64,000 bases of DNA from Gammaproteobacteria bacterium (GCA_035513215.1 DATKCK010000015.1:27682-91681), one strand, 5' to 3'. Positions 49,763 through 60,568 are shown, counted from the first letter of the stretch. Translations and numbers: made by a program. The notes: generated by a model not told the origin, from the sequence alone.

Positions 49763-51319
49763 TCAGCGCGCCCCTTGCATGGCTTCGATATGCGCCCGGG
49801 GCAGCGGCGCCGTGAAGCGCGACACGAGCACGGTCACGATCACCGAGAAGGCGGCGCCGAAAGTCGCGGCCGAGTAGGGATTGGTCGCATAAAAGTCGAA
49901 CCATTCGCCGAAATCGGCCAGGGCCGTGCCCCCGAGCCACCCGCCCGACAGGATCTCGCCGCGAATCAGGACGAAGACGACGGCCCCGGCCCAGAAGCCG
50001 GTGACGGCGCCGGCGCGCGTGACGCCCCACCAGACCGAGCCGACGACGAGCGGACCCATCAGCGCGGCGACGAAGCCGCCGACGCCGATCCACATCAGCA
50101 GCACGACGTTCATCTCCATCGTCAGCCAGCCGAGGATCGCGGCGCCGACGATCGTGAAGGCGGTCATCGCGCGGCTGATCGCAAGCACGTTGCGGTCCAG
50201 CTTTTCCTGGCTGATCTCAGGATGCAGCCGCGGCGCGATGCTGCGGCGATAGATGTCGTTGGCGAAGACCTGTGAGGTCGAGATCACGAGCCCGTCGGCC
50301 GTCGACATGATGGCCGAGAGCACGCCGACGCCGAGCAGCGCGGCGATCCAGGTTGGAAACAGATTGATGAAAAGCTCGGGCAGCGCGCTGTTGGCTCCGC
50401 CCGCGGCGGCCGCGAGATCGTCGCCGAGCACGACGCGCGCCGTCATGCCACCGAGTGTGATCGCCGGCAGCACGATTCCGAAGGTGAATGCCATCGCGAT
50501 GAAGCGGTTGCGGGATGTCTCGTCCCTGAGCGCCCAGAGCTTGTTGCCGATATGCGGCAAGAGCCCCAGCGGAATGTGGGCGATCGTGACGGTGACTGCG
50601 GCCCAGAGCGATGCCGTCGTGTTGTTGGCCGGGTTGAAGGTCGCGAGCAGGGCCGGGTCCTCGGCTCTCAAGCCTTCGATCAGATTGTCGAAGCCGCCGG
50701 TGCCGATGCCGAGAAAGAAGATGACGGCGATGGCAATGGCGAGCCCGACCATCAGTAACCCCTGCACGCCGTCGGTCAGGATGTCGGCATGAGCGCCGCC
50801 GAGCGTGATATAGGCGAGCAGTACGACGGTCGTGATGACGAGCGCCCAGAGCTCATCGAGCCCGAGCATGCGCTCGAACATGACGAGGCCCGAAACGAGC
50901 TGGCTGGCGAGGTAAAAGAGCAGAATCAGCGAAAACACGGCGGCCGAGAGGCGGATGCCTTCCGACTTGAAGCGCTCGCCCAGAAACTCCGGTATCGAGC
51001 GCGCGCCGGCCGCGTTGCCGTAACGGCCGATCGTCCGCTGGCAGATCAGGACGCCGATATAGATGCCGAGCGGGTAGCAAAACGCGATCCACAGCGTCGA
51101 CATGCCGAACTGGTAGGTCAGGCCCGGCAGGCCGAGGAATGTGGCACCGCTCGCAGCCGTCGAGGCGAAGGCCAGCGCCAGCACGAGGGGACCGTAGGCC
51201 TGCCTGGCCGTGGCGAAATCGTCGGCACCGCGGACGCGGCGGCTGCCGAGGTAGCCGAAGCAAAGCATGCCGGCGATGTAGACGACCAGGAATGTCCACG
51301 ACCAGGTGTAGAGATCCAT
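49763..51319 (-). CDS. Sodium:solute symporter (PanF/PutP-like)
   Basis: About 13 TM helices; DFATA, SGATFLG.PG, SIPEFLGERF, GG..A...TD..QG, AIMSTAD. Confidence 0.9.
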   Translation of the reverse strand: MDLYTWSWTFLVVYIAGMLCFGYLGSRRVRGADDFATARQAYGPLVLALAFASTAASGATFLGLPGLTYQFGMSTLWIAFCYPLGIYIGVLICQRTIGRYGNAAGARSIPEFLGERFKSEGIRLSAAVFSLILLFYLASQLVSGLVMFERMLGLDELWALVITTVVLLAYITLGGAHADILTDGVQGLLMVGLAIAIAVIFFLGIGTGGFDNLIEGLRAEDPALLATFNPANNTTASLWAAVTVTIAHIPLGLLPHIGNKLWALRDETSRNRFIAMAFTFGIVLPAITLGGMTARVVLGDDLAAAAGGANSALPELFINLFPTWIAALLGVGVLSAIMSTADGLVISTSQVFANDIYRRSIAPRLHPEISQEKLDRNVLAISRAMTAFTIVGAAILGWLTMEMNVVLLMWIGVGGFVAALMGPLVVGSVWWGVTRAGAVTGFWAGAVVFVLIRGEILSGGWLGGTALADFGEWFDFYATNPYSAATFGAAFSVIVTVLVSRFTAPLPRAHIEAMQGAR

Positions 51320-51498
51320 GCGCTCGCTCCCCCCGAGAAAGCGCGCGTATCATGCCTCGTGATCGGCCGGGCCGAAAGGGCTTATGGGATTCTGCCCACA
51401 ATCCATATTGGGAGATTTTGTGGGAATTTCCGGATTGCGTTTACAGACGGACTCATGTATCGTCCCGATTCGATTGATGCCGGGGGGCAAGCCAGAGA

Positions 51499-52965
51499 AT
51501 GCAGTCCGAGGCGAACTCCCTGCTGCGGGATATCGAGACCTTCTGTCGACGTGCCAAAATGGCGGAGTCGACGTTCGGCCGCGTGGCCGTCAATGACGGA
51601 AAATTGTGCAGCCGGCTCAGAAGCGGCCGCAGAATAACACTCGAGACCGCGGCCAGGATCAGGCGATACATAACGGAATTTAGTCCCGATGGAACGGACG
51701 GCGCCGAGACGGCTCCCGGCGCCGGGCCATCGGAAGCTAAGGGGAGTTCGATGGCTGCCAAACCCGTGTCGGCGAAGAAGAAAACGAAGAAAAAGCCCGC
51801 CGGCAAGACGGGCAAGGCTGCGGGCGCGGGAAAGCCCGGCCTTTCCGACGATCGGCCGTTCCGCTTCTACGATAACCGCCAGAAGTATCTCGCATTCGTC
51901 AACACGACGAACGAGAAGCGCAAGGTTGCCGAGCGGGCGGCGAAGGAGCTCACGCTGCTCAGGCCGACGCCGCCGGCGCTCAAGATTTTCGATGCCGGCG
52001 TCGGCGACGGCACCGTGCTGAGCCATCTGATGCGCGCGATGCACCAGCGCTTCCCGACGATGCCCTTCCTCGTCGTTGGCAAGGAAATCAGCATCGAGGA
52101 CGTTCGGCTGACGCTCGAGAAGCTGCCGGACCGGTTCATGGAGCACCCGGCGAGCTGTATCGTCATCACGAATCTCTACTACGCCGAGGCGCCGTGGCTC
52201 AGGCCCCGCAGCGTCAAGAGCGCGGCGGCGCTGAACTGGCGGCAAGTGGCGCTCGAAGGCACGTCTTCGTTCTCGTTCGGCGAGCAGCTCGCGGCGCTCG
52301 ACAACTTTCTCGTCGACGGCTGGCAGGTGCGGGCGAGCGAGAAGACCGGCAACCCGATGTACGTGCGCCCGTCCGTGCTCGTGCTCTACCGCAAGGATCA
52401 CGCTTTCCTGATGGATAGCGTCATCCCGAAGCAGGGCAACTTCGCGGCCAATTACGATCTCGCGCTCGCCTCGCAGCCGTGGCGTGCGCGCATGAGCGCC
52501 GAGTTCAAGGTGCAAAAGGTGCTGGCGCCGATCGCACGCTCGCTCGCTCCCTCGGGACGCATGCTCGTCGTCCAGTCCTGCGGTGAGGATCCGGCGCTCG
52601 AGCTGGTCAGGAAGGTCTGGCCCGACGAGGATCCGTTCAGGGTAAACCGTCACGAGCTCGTTCGCGTGCTCAAGAGGGAGCTCGGGCACGACGCGCGCAA
52701 CTTCAATTTCGTCACGGGCTCCGATTCCAAAGCCATATTCCGCTACGAGATGCATACGCTGCCGAGCGAGGTTCAGCAAAGCATCGGGACATCGACGCTG
52801 TTCGCCGCCTGGAACGACGCAATCTACGTCAATCAGATCGAGGACGAGCGGCTCGAGCCCGTGCTCGCGAACAACGACTATCTGGCGCATACGGCGCAGG
52901 TGCTCAAGAAGCACAAGGGCCTGTGGTTCAACGACGAGAGCTTCGTCGTCTCGCGCAAGCAGTAG
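51499..52965 (+). CDS. Hypothetical fusion: N-terminal HTH-like domain, Lys-rich linker, class I SAM-dependent methyltransferase-like domain
   Basis: N-terminal LRDIETFC....MAESTFGR.AVNDGKL..RLRSGR resembles Cro/CI-like HTH; IFDAGVGDGT glycine motif I followed by GKEIS acidic motif. Confidence 0.75.
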   Translation: MQSEANSLLRDIETFCRRAKMAESTFGRVAVNDGKLCSRLRSGRRITLETAARIRRYITEFSPDGTDGAETAPGAGPSEAKGSSMAAKPVSAKKKTKKKPAGKTGKAAGAGKPGLSDDRPFRFYDNRQKYLAFVNTTNEKRKVAERAAKELTLLRPTPPALKIFDAGVGDGTVLSHLMRAMHQRFPTMPFLVVGKEISIEDVRLTLEKLPDRFMEHPASCIVITNLYYAEAPWLRPRSVKSAAALNWRQVALEGTSSFSFGEQLAALDNFLVDGWQVRASEKTGNPMYVRPSVLVLYRKDHAFLMDSVIPKQGNFAANYDLALASQPWRARMSAEFKVQKVLAPIARSLAPSGRMLVVQSCGEDPALELVRKVWPDEDPFRVNRHELVRVLKRELGHDARNFNFVTGSDSKAIFRYEMHTLPSEVQQSIGTSTLFAAWNDAIYVNQIEDERLEPVLANNDYLAHTAQVLKKHKGLWFNDESFVVSRKQ

Positions 52966-52997
52966 ACCGGCACGGGAAAGATTGAGTGGAAGCGGCG

Positions 52998-53915
52998 ATG
53001 AAAGAGATCCAAGGGCTTAGCGGCAATGATCTGGTGGCGGCGATACAGCGCTTCGCCGCCGATTACTCGATCGAGGCGACGACGCATGACGAGGCCAGGT
53101 TCGACGAGATCGCCGGTGAGCTCAAACCCGGCACGCGCGTTTACGTCGCACACGTCCCGGGCACTCCGATCGACGACGTCGTTGGTCTGGCGCTGCGCTT
53201 CAAGGACGCCGGCTTCACCGCCGTGCCGCATATCATTGCGCGCAAGCTCTCGAGCCGTGAGCAGCTCGAGGGCGCGCTCGCAAAGCTCAGCGAGGGAGGC
53301 GTCGATCAGGCGCTTTGCATCGCAGGCGATATCGCCGTCGAGAACAACGCCTTCGACAGCAGTCTCGAGGCTTTGCAGACCGGCCTTTTCGGTGAGTACG
53401 GGTTCAAGGAGATCGGCGTTGCCGCGCATCCGGAAGGCAGCGCCGCAATCGGCGAGGCGAGGGTAGCCGAGGCGCTCGCGGGCAAGGTCGAGTTCGCGAA
53501 GACGGCCCCGTTCAGGCTCCGCTTCGTCACGCAGTTCGGCTTCGATGCCCAGGCGTTCATCGACTGGGAGGCCGAGACGAGCGCGCGCGGGATCGATCTG
53601 CCGATCCATGTCGGCCTGGCGGGACCGGCGTCGCTGAAGCAGCTTGCCAGATTCGCGGTCGTCTGCGGCGTGGGCGCCTCGGCCCGTATGCTGAAGACCC
53701 GGACGGCGGCGACGGCCAATCTGCTGAAGAGCAAGGCGCCCGACGATCTCGTGGTCGATTTCGCGCGGCACCAGGCCGCCAATCCCGACACGCGTATCGA
53801 GAGCCCGCATATCTTCGCCTTCGGCGGCGTCGCAAAGTCCGCGCGCTGGATCAATGCCGTGCGCGACGGTCGCTTGAAGCTGAACAAGCGCGAGGACGGA
53901 TTCGACGTTGCCTGA
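52998..53915 (+). CDS. metF: Methylenetetrahydrofolate reductase (divergent clade)
   Basis: SIE, VPHI.AR, AGD, AAHPEG, FVTQFGF, GLAGPA, HIFAFGG; start ATG 52998. Confidence 0.85.
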   Translation: MKEIQGLSGNDLVAAIQRFAADYSIEATTHDEARFDEIAGELKPGTRVYVAHVPGTPIDDVVGLALRFKDAGFTAVPHIIARKLSSREQLEGALAKLSEGGVDQALCIAGDIAVENNAFDSSLEALQTGLFGEYGFKEIGVAAHPEGSAAIGEARVAEALAGKVEFAKTAPFRLRFVTQFGFDAQAFIDWEAETSARGIDLPIHVGLAGPASLKQLARFAVVCGVGASARMLKTRTAATANLLKSKAPDDLVVDFARHQAANPDTRIESPHIFAFGGVAKSARWINAVRDGRLKLNKREDGFDVA

Positions 53916-53962
53916 CCTTATTTCGGGAACGAGTTGAGAGAAAGCAAATAACAGGTGTAACA

Positions 53963-55114
53963 ATGAGCAAGTCATATCTATTCACGTCCGAATCCGTCTC
54001 CGAAGGTCATCCGGACAAAATGGCCGATCAGGTGTCCGATGCGATCCTCGATGCGATCATCGCGCAGGACAAATCGAGCCGCGTTGCCTGTGAGACGCTG
54101 ACCAAGACGGGCCTCGTCATGGTGGCGGGCGAGATCACGACCAACTCCCAGATCGAGGTCGAGGCGATCGTCCGCAAGGTCGTGCTCGACATCGGCTACG
54201 ACCACTCGGACAAGGGTTTCGACGGCAACACCTGCGCAGTGCTGAACGGTCTCGGCAAGCAGTCCGGCGACATCGCGCGCGGCGTCGATCGCAAGGCGCC
54301 GGAAGAGCAGGGTGCGGGCGACCAGGGGCTCATGTTCGGCTACGCAACCAACGAGACGCCGACCCTGATGCCGGCGCCGATCATCTATTCGCATCAGCTG
54401 CTCGAGAAGCACGCCAAGCTCCGTAAGTCCGGCAAGCTCGACTTCGCGCGCCCGGACGCCAAAAGCCAGCTGACCTTCCGCTACGAGGACAACAAGCCCG
54501 TCGGCATCGAGGCCGTCGTGCTGTCGACGCAGCACTCGCCCGATATTTCGCAGAAGGACCTCAAGGAAGCGATCATGGAGCTCGTGATCAAGCCCGTTCT
54601 GCCGAAGAAGTGGATCACGAAGCGCACCAGGTACCATATCAATCCGACCGGCCGGTTCGTCATCGGCGGTCCGATGGGCGACTGCGGCCTGACGGGACGT
54701 AAGATCATCGTCGATACCTACGGCGGCATGGCCCGTCACGGCGGCGGTGCGTTCTCGGGCAAGGACCCGTCCAAGGTCGACCGCTCGGCGACCTATGCCG
54801 CGCGTTACGTCGCGAAGAACGTCGTTGCGGCCGGTCTCGCCGATCGCTGCGAGGTCCAGGTCTCCTACGCCATCGGTGTCGCGAAGCCGACCTCGGTCAC
54901 GATCGAGACTTTCGGTACCAACAAGGTGGCCGAGTCGAAGATCGTCAGGGCCGTCAACGACAACTTCGACCTTCGCCCCTACGGCATCGTCAAGATGCTC
55001 GATCTGCTGAAGCCCATCTATCAGAAGACGGCTGCCTACGGTCACTTCGGCCGCAAGGAGTTCAGTTGGGAGAAGACGGACAAGGCCGCGGCGCTGAAGG
55101 CGGCGTGTAACTAA
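53963..55114 (+). CDS. metK: S-adenosylmethionine synthetase
   Basis: [43 protein letters not shown]. Confidence 0.98.
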   Translation: MSKSYLFTSESVSEGHPDKMADQVSDAILDAIIAQDKSSRVACETLTKTGLVMVAGEITTNSQIEVEAIVRKVVLDIGYDHSDKGFDGNTCAVLNGLGKQSGDIARGVDRKAPEEQGAGDQGLMFGYATNETPTLMPAPIIYSHQLLEKHAKLRKSGKLDFARPDAKSQLTFRYEDNKPVGIEAVVLSTQHSPDISQKDLKEAIMELVIKPVLPKKWITKRTRYHINPTGRFVIGGPMGDCGLTGRKIIVDTYGGMARHGGGAFSGKDPSKVDRSATYAARYVAKNVVAAGLADRCEVQVSYAIGVAKPTSVTIETFGTNKVAESKIVRAVNDNFDLRPYGIVKMLDLLKPIYQKTAAYGHFGRKEFSWEKTDKAAALKAACN

Positions 55115-55133
55115 GGAAGATCGAGGCAAAACG

Positions 55134-55172
55134 GGGTCAGACCCCATTTCCTGCGGAAATGGGGTCTGACCC
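55134..55172. repeat. REP-like palindrome copy 2 (18-bp stem, 3-nt loop)
   Basis: GGGTCAGACCCCATTTCC-TGC-GGAAATGGGGTCTGACCC between metK and the kinase. Confidence 0.9.
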
Positions 55173-55203
55173 TGACTGACACGCTGACTGATACGGGAAA
55201 ACA

Positions 55204-56136
55204 ATGACAGCGCTAATCTGCGGCTCCGCCGCCTACGACAACATTATGGTGTTCGAGGATTCGTTCAAGAATCACATCCTGCCGGACAAGATTCATATTC
55301 TGAACGTTGCCTTTCTCGTCCCTCGATTGCGCCGTGAGTTCGGCGGGTGCGCCACGAACATCGCCTATAACATGAAGCTCCTTGGCGCGGACCCTTTGCC
55401 GATGGCTACCGTCGGCCAGGATTTCGGGCCGTACGCGGATTGGCTGGGCGAGAAGGGCATACGTCAGGACCATATCCGAGTGCTCGACGACGTCTTCACG
55501 GCTCAGGCCTTCATCACGACCGACCTCGACGACAATCAGATCACGGCGTTTCATCCGGGCGCGATGAACTTCGCGGAGACCAACAAGGTGAGCGATGCCG
55601 CGGGCGTTTCCATCGGCATGGTATCTCCCGACGGCCGCGCCGGCATGATCGAGCATGCAGAGCAGTTCGCCGAGGCCGGCATCCCGTTCATATTCGATCC
55701 GGGTCAGGGTCTGCCGATGTTCGACGGCGACGATCTCAAGCGCTTCATCGAGCAGTGCACCTGGGTGACGGTAAACGATTACGAATGGCAGCTGCTCAAG
55801 GATCGCACGGGCTGGGACGCCGCGGATGTCACGGCGCGGACGCAAGCGCTAATAGTTACTCGTGGCGGTGAAGGATCGCTGATTCACACCAGGGATGGTG
55901 TGCACGATATCCCGGCGGCGCGACCGAAAGCCGTCGAGGATCCGACCGGTTGCGGCGACGCGTATCGCGCCGGTCTCTTGCACGGGCTCCTCAAAGACAT
56001 GGACTGGGAGACGACGGGCCGTATCGCAAGCCTCATGGGCTCGATAAAGATCGAGCAGCATGGAACGCAGAATCATTCATTCACACGAGACGAATTCAAG
56101 AAGCGGTTCAAGGCCGCCTTCAATCGATCGATTTAA
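55204..56136 (+). CDS. PfkB-family kinase, probable adenosine kinase
   Basis: [37 protein letters not shown]; sits between metK and ahcY. Confidence 0.88.
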   Translation: MTALICGSAAYDNIMVFEDSFKNHILPDKIHILNVAFLVPRLRREFGGCATNIAYNMKLLGADPLPMATVGQDFGPYADWLGEKGIRQDHIRVLDDVFTAQAFITTDLDDNQITAFHPGAMNFAETNKVSDAAGVSIGMVSPDGRAGMIEHAEQFAEAGIPFIFDPGQGLPMFDGDDLKRFIEQCTWVTVNDYEWQLLKDRTGWDAADVTARTQALIVTRGGEGSLIHTRDGVHDIPAARPKAVEDPTGCGDAYRAGLLHGLLKDMDWETTGRIASLMGSIKIEQHGTQNHSFTRDEFKKRFKAAFNRSI

Positions 56137-56155
56137 AGCGAGGAGCACTCAAGTT

Positions 56156-57577
56156 ATGGCAACGAAGAAGAAGCCGGCCGGCAAGAAGAAGGCCGACTAT
56201 TTCGTAAAGGACATCAAGCTCGCGCCCGAGGGCCGCAAGGAAATCGAGCTTGCGGAGGCGGAGATGCCGGGCCTCATGGCGACGCGAGAAGAGTACGGAC
56301 CGTCCAAGCCGCTCAAGGGCGCCCGCATCACGGGTTCCCGGCACATGACGATCCAGACGGCCGTGCTGATCGAGACCCTCGAGGCGCTCGGCGCGAAGAT
56401 CCGCTGGGCGAGCTGCAATATTTATTCCACTCAGGACCAGGCGGCTGCGGCGATCGCGGCGAACGGCACGCCGGTCTTCGCCTACAAGGGCGAGTCGCTG
56501 ACCGAGTACTGGGGCTTCATCGACCGGACTCTGGACTGGGGTAACAGCACCGGGCCGAACATGATTCTCGACGATGGCGGCGATGCGACGCTGTTCGTCC
56601 ATCTCGCGACGCAGGCGCTCAAGAACCCGAAGGTTCTCGACAAGAAGCCGGGCAACGAGGAAGAGAAGATCCTTTACGCTCAGCTCAAGAAGTCGCTTGA
56701 AGCCGACCGCAAGCGCTTCGAAGGCATGGCGGCCGAGATCCGCGGCGTCTCCGAGGAGACGACGACGGGTGTGCATCGGCTCTATCAAATGGAGAAGAAG
56801 GGTCAGTTGCTGTTCCCGGCGATCAACGTCAACGACTCGGTGACCAAGTCCAAGTTCGATAATCTCTACGGCTGCCGCCACTCGCTCGTCGATGCGATCA
56901 ATCGCGCGACCGACGTCATGCTGGCCGGTAAGATCTGCGTCGTCGCGGGTTACGGCGACGTCGGCAAGGGCTCGGCGCAGTCGCTCCGCGCGCAGTCGGC
57001 GCGCGTCGTCGTGACCGAGGTCGACCCGATCTGCGCGCTGCAGGCCGCGATGGAAGGCTACGACGTCATGACGATGGAAGACGCCTGCAAGATAGGCGAC
57101 CTGTTCGTCACGACCACGGGTTGCGTGGACGTCATCACGGAAAAGCACATGCTGCAGATGAAGGACAAGGCGATAGTCTGCAACATCGGCCACTTCGACA
57201 ACGAAATCCAGATCGACAAGATGCGCAAGTACAAGTGGCGCAACATCAAGCCGCAGGTCGATCAGATCTTCACGACGAAGGACAAGAGCATCATCCTGCT
57301 GGCCGAGGGCCGCCTAGTGAATCTCGGCTGCGCCACGGGACATCCGAGCTTCGTCATGTCGTCGAGCTTCACGAACCAGACGCTGGCGCAGATCGAGCTC
57401 TTCACCAAGAACTATCCGCTCGGCGTACACGTGCTGCCGAAACACCTCGACGAGAAGGTCGCGGCACTGCACCTCGACAAGGTCGGCGTCAAGCTGACGA
57501 AGCTGACGAAGCAGCAGGCCGACTATCTCGGCGTGCCGGTCAACGGTCCGTTCAAGCCCGACCACTACCGCTACTAG
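56156..57577 (+). CDS. ahcY: S-adenosylhomocysteine hydrolase
   Basis: [73 protein letters not shown]; start ATG 56156. Confidence 0.98.
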   Translation: MATKKKPAGKKKADYFVKDIKLAPEGRKEIELAEAEMPGLMATREEYGPSKPLKGARITGSRHMTIQTAVLIETLEALGAKIRWASCNIYSTQDQAAAAIAANGTPVFAYKGESLTEYWGFIDRTLDWGNSTGPNMILDDGGDATLFVHLATQALKNPKVLDKKPGNEEEKILYAQLKKSLEADRKRFEGMAAEIRGVSEETTTGVHRLYQMEKKGQLLFPAINVNDSVTKSKFDNLYGCRHSLVDAINRATDVMLAGKICVVAGYGDVGKGSAQSLRAQSARVVVTEVDPICALQAAMEGYDVMTMEDACKIGDLFVTTTGCVDVITEKHMLQMKDKAIVCNIGHFDNEIQIDKMRKYKWRNIKPQVDQIFTTKDKSIILLAEGRLVNLGCATGHPSFVMSSSFTNQTLAQIELFTKNYPLGVHVLPKHLDEKVAALHLDKVGVKLTKLTKQQADYLGVPVNGPFKPDHYRY

Positions 57578-57608
57578 GAACAAAGGGCCGACAAGATGGC
57601 GACAAGAT

Positions 57609-57635
57609 GGGGTCAGACCCTCCGGGTCTGACCCC
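57609..57635. repeat. REP-like palindrome copy 3 (12-bp stem, 3-nt loop)
   Basis: GGGGTCAGACCC-TCC-GGGTCTGACCCC between ahcY and fhs. Confidence 0.85.
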
Positions 57636-57667
57636 GACGACGCCACCGACCACCCCTGGAGACTTCC

Positions 57668-59350
57668 ATGGACGCTGATATCACTATTGCGCGCAATACG
57701 AAGCTCGAGAGGATCACCGATCTCGCGAAGGCCAAGCTCGGCATCGACCCGGACGACCTCGAGCCGTACGGCCATTTCAAGGCCAAGGTCTCGAAGAAGC
57801 TCATCGATTCGCTGAAGGACAAGCCGGACGGCAAGCTCGTGCTCGTCACGGCCATCACGCCGACGCCGGCGGGCGAAGGCAAGACGACGACGACGATAGG
57901 GCTCGCCGACGCGCTGAACAGCATCGGCAAGAAGACCATGGTCTGCGTGCGCGAGCCGTCGCTCGGTCCCTGTTTCGGCATGAAGGGCGGCGGGGCCGGC
58001 GGCGGTTACGCCCAGGTCGCACCGATGGACGACATCAATCTGCACTTTACTGGCGATTTTCATGCCATCAGTGCCGCCCACAATCTGCTCTCTGCCCTTG
58101 TCGACAACCATATTTATCATGGCAACGAGCTCGGTTTCGACGTGCGCCGGCCGACGTGGCGCCGTGTCGTCGATATGAACGACCGGGCCCTGCGCAACGT
58201 CGTCATCGGCCTCGGCGGGCTCGCGGGCGGCGTGCCGCGCGAGAGCGGCTACGACATCACGGTCGCATCCGAGATCATGGCCATTCTCTGCCTGTCGACC
58301 TCACTCGACGACATGAAGGAGCGCTTCAGCAGGATCATCGTCGGCTACAACCGCAACCGCGAGGCGATTGTCGCGGGCGATCTGAACGCCCAGGGCGCGA
58401 TGACTGTGCTGATGCGCGACGCCATCAACCCGAATCTCGTGCAAACGCTCGAGCATACGCCGACCTTCGTTCACGGCGGCCCGTTCGCGAATATCGCTCA
58501 CGGGTGCAATTCGGCGCTCGCGACCAAGACGGCGCTCAAGCTCGCCGACTACGTAATCACCGAGGCCGGCTTCGGCGCGGATCTCGGCGCCGAGAAGTTC
58601 CTCGACATCAAGTGCCGACTGACGGGCCTCAGGCCGTCCGCGGTCGTGCTCGTCGCGACGATCCGGGCGCTAAAATACTCGGGCGGCGTCGAGCTCGCCG
58701 ATCTCAGCAAGGAAAACGTCGAGGCGCTGATCGGCGGATGCACGAACCTCGATCGTCACGTCGGCAATATCCGCAGCAATTTCGGCCTGCCTGTCGTGGT
58801 GGCGGTCAATCGATTCCACAGCGATACCGAAGCCGAGATCGACGCTCTGATCAAGCACATGGCCGAGCAGGGCGTCGAAGCCGTGATGGCCGAACATTTT
58901 GCGAAAGGCGGCGCCGAGGGCGCGGTCGAGCTCGCCGAGGTTGTCGCGAGAACGGCAGACGGGAACGCCAAGCCTGATCTCAGCTTCACCTACGAGGACA
59001 GCGACGGGCTGTGGCAGAAGATCGAGAAGATCGCGAAGAAGATTTATCACGCGAGCGAAGTCACGACGAGCGCGGCGGTTCGCACGAAGATCAAGAACTT
59101 CGAGAAGGAGGGCTACGGCCACTTCCCGGTCTGCATCGCAAAGACGCAGTATTCGTTCTCGACCGACCCGAAGCTGCGCGGCGCGCCGACCGGGCACACC
59201 TTCGACGTTCGCGACGTCTACCTGTCGGCCGGCGCCGGCTTCATGGTTGCTCTGTCGGGTGACATCATGACGATGCCGGGCCTTCCCAAGGTGCCGGCCG
59301 CGGACCAGATCGACATCGATTCGAACGGTGACATCGTCGGCCTGTCATAG
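57668..59350 (+). CDS. fhs: Formate-tetrahydrofolate ligase
   Basis: [57 protein letters not shown]. Confidence 0.98.
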   Translation: MDADITIARNTKLERITDLAKAKLGIDPDDLEPYGHFKAKVSKKLIDSLKDKPDGKLVLVTAITPTPAGEGKTTTTIGLADALNSIGKKTMVCVREPSLGPCFGMKGGGAGGGYAQVAPMDDINLHFTGDFHAISAAHNLLSALVDNHIYHGNELGFDVRRPTWRRVVDMNDRALRNVVIGLGGLAGGVPRESGYDITVASEIMAILCLSTSLDDMKERFSRIIVGYNRNREAIVAGDLNAQGAMTVLMRDAINPNLVQTLEHTPTFVHGGPFANIAHGCNSALATKTALKLADYVITEAGFGADLGAEKFLDIKCRLTGLRPSAVVLVATIRALKYSGGVELADLSKENVEALIGGCTNLDRHVGNIRSNFGLPVVVAVNRFHSDTEAEIDALIKHMAEQGVEAVMAEHFAKGGAEGAVELAEVVARTADGNAKPDLSFTYEDSDGLWQKIEKIAKKIYHASEVTTSAAVRTKIKNFEKEGYGHFPVCIAKTQYSFSTDPKLRGAPTGHTFDVRDVYLSAGAGFMVALSGDIMTMPGLPKVPAADQIDIDSNGDIVGLS

Positions 59351-59401
59351 GCCGAGACCCCCCGTCGGCCGTGAGGCCGAACCGTCGCTCTACAAAAATG
59401 A

Positions 59402-59422
59402 GCGGCCCCGTTTCGGGGCCGC
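59402..59422. terminator. Intrinsic terminator between convergent fhs and NmrA-like genes
   Basis: GCGGCCCCG-TTT-CGGGGCCGC 9-bp stem; AAAAA at about 59394 gives a U-tract on the minus strand. Confidence 0.7.
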
Positions 59423-59467
59423 GATAACAAGAACGAAAGCTGGAAGCCGACTATGACGTCGGGTAGA

Positions 59468-60421
59468 TCAGTTCAAGGCCGGCAGGATCGTGTCTTTGTG
59501 CCTGGCCACGAACTGTTCGTACGTCAGCAGTTCGGGATTCAGCTTGCGCGTCGTGTCGACGCTGCGCGCCTCGAGGACCTCTTGCTCGAAGTCGCGATAA
59601 ACCTGGAACATATTGCCGAGCTCGTCGGCGCCGGGAAAACCGAAACCGCGGTAGGCATCGGCGTCGACGGCGTTGTAGACGATCGGTCCGACGCCGAGCA
59701 CCTTCGACAGGGTCTCGCCCATCTGCTCGATCGTCAGCGCTTCGCCGTAAATACCAACCGTCTTGCCGATATATTCCTGACCGGCCTTGAAGACGCCATA
59801 GGCGACTTTGCCGATATCCTCGGCAGCGATGCCGACGAGCTTGGCATCGCCCATGGGAAATGCCCAGCTCAGCTCGCCGTCCTCGCCCTTCTTTGGCGCC
59901 AGGCCGAACAGGTACAAGTTGTCCCAGTAGAACGACGTGACGAGACGGGTAACGGGTAAGCCGGAAAAGTATGCGTCCGCCTCGGCCTTCGCGTCGAAGT
60001 GCGGTACGCGGTATTTTTCTTGCAGCATCGGCATGCGCTTGTCGTCCGGCGCCATGAGCTTGCGTGTATCCTCGAGCGTCGACCAGACGACATGCTTCAC
60101 ACCCGCCGCTTTGGCCGCTTCGGCGATGTTTTTCGCCTGTGCCTTCTCCTTTTCGCCGGAGAAGTGCTCCCAGAAATTCGTCACGGCGTAGACGCCATAC
60201 GCCCCGGCAAACGCCTTCTTCAAGCTCTCGACGTCGTCGATGTCGGCTTTGACAACCTCTGCACCTTTGCTCGCGAGCCCCTTCGCCTTGTCCTTCGACG
60301 GATCACGCGTGATTGCCCGGCAAGCGAACCCGCCGGGCGCGTCGGCAAGGATGGCGCGACACAGCCCGCCGCCCTGCGAGCCAGTCGAGCCCAATACTGC
60401 AATGGTTTTCTTATCAGCCAT
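59468..60421 (-). CDS. NmrA/HSCARG family NAD(P)-binding protein
   Basis: GSTGSQGG Rossmann motif, VTNFWE, VPHFDAK, DIGK. Confidence 0.9.
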   Translation of the reverse strand: MADKKTIAVLGSTGSQGGGLCRAILADAPGGFACRAITRDPSKDKAKGLASKGAEVVKADIDDVESLKKAFAGAYGVYAVTNFWEHFSGEKEKAQAKNIAEAAKAAGVKHVVWSTLEDTRKLMAPDDKRMPMLQEKYRVPHFDAKAEADAYFSGLPVTRLVTSFYWDNLYLFGLAPKKGEDGELSWAFPMGDAKLVGIAAEDIGKVAYGVFKAGQEYIGKTVGIYGEALTIEQMGETLSKVLGVGPIVYNAVDADAYRGFGFPGADELGNMFQVYRDFEQEVLEARSVDTTRKLNPELLTYEQFVARHKDTILPALN

Positions 60422-60568
60422 GATGTTTTCCTTATCAAGACATGTCAGGGAAACGATGTATTAGACCATAAGCGGCGCCGGCCGGCACACCCGGCCGCTC
60501 TTGCGGGCACGGAAAATGCACGAGCCGGCGCATGGCCGGCTCGTCGTTGCTCCCGGGATCGTCGGGTA

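Noticed and set aside
56137-56155. GAGGAGC upstream of ahcY as an SAH riboswitch core
   Set aside because: The intergenic space is only 19 nt and the motif is positioned as the Shine-Dalgarno; the flanking pairing elements are not evident.
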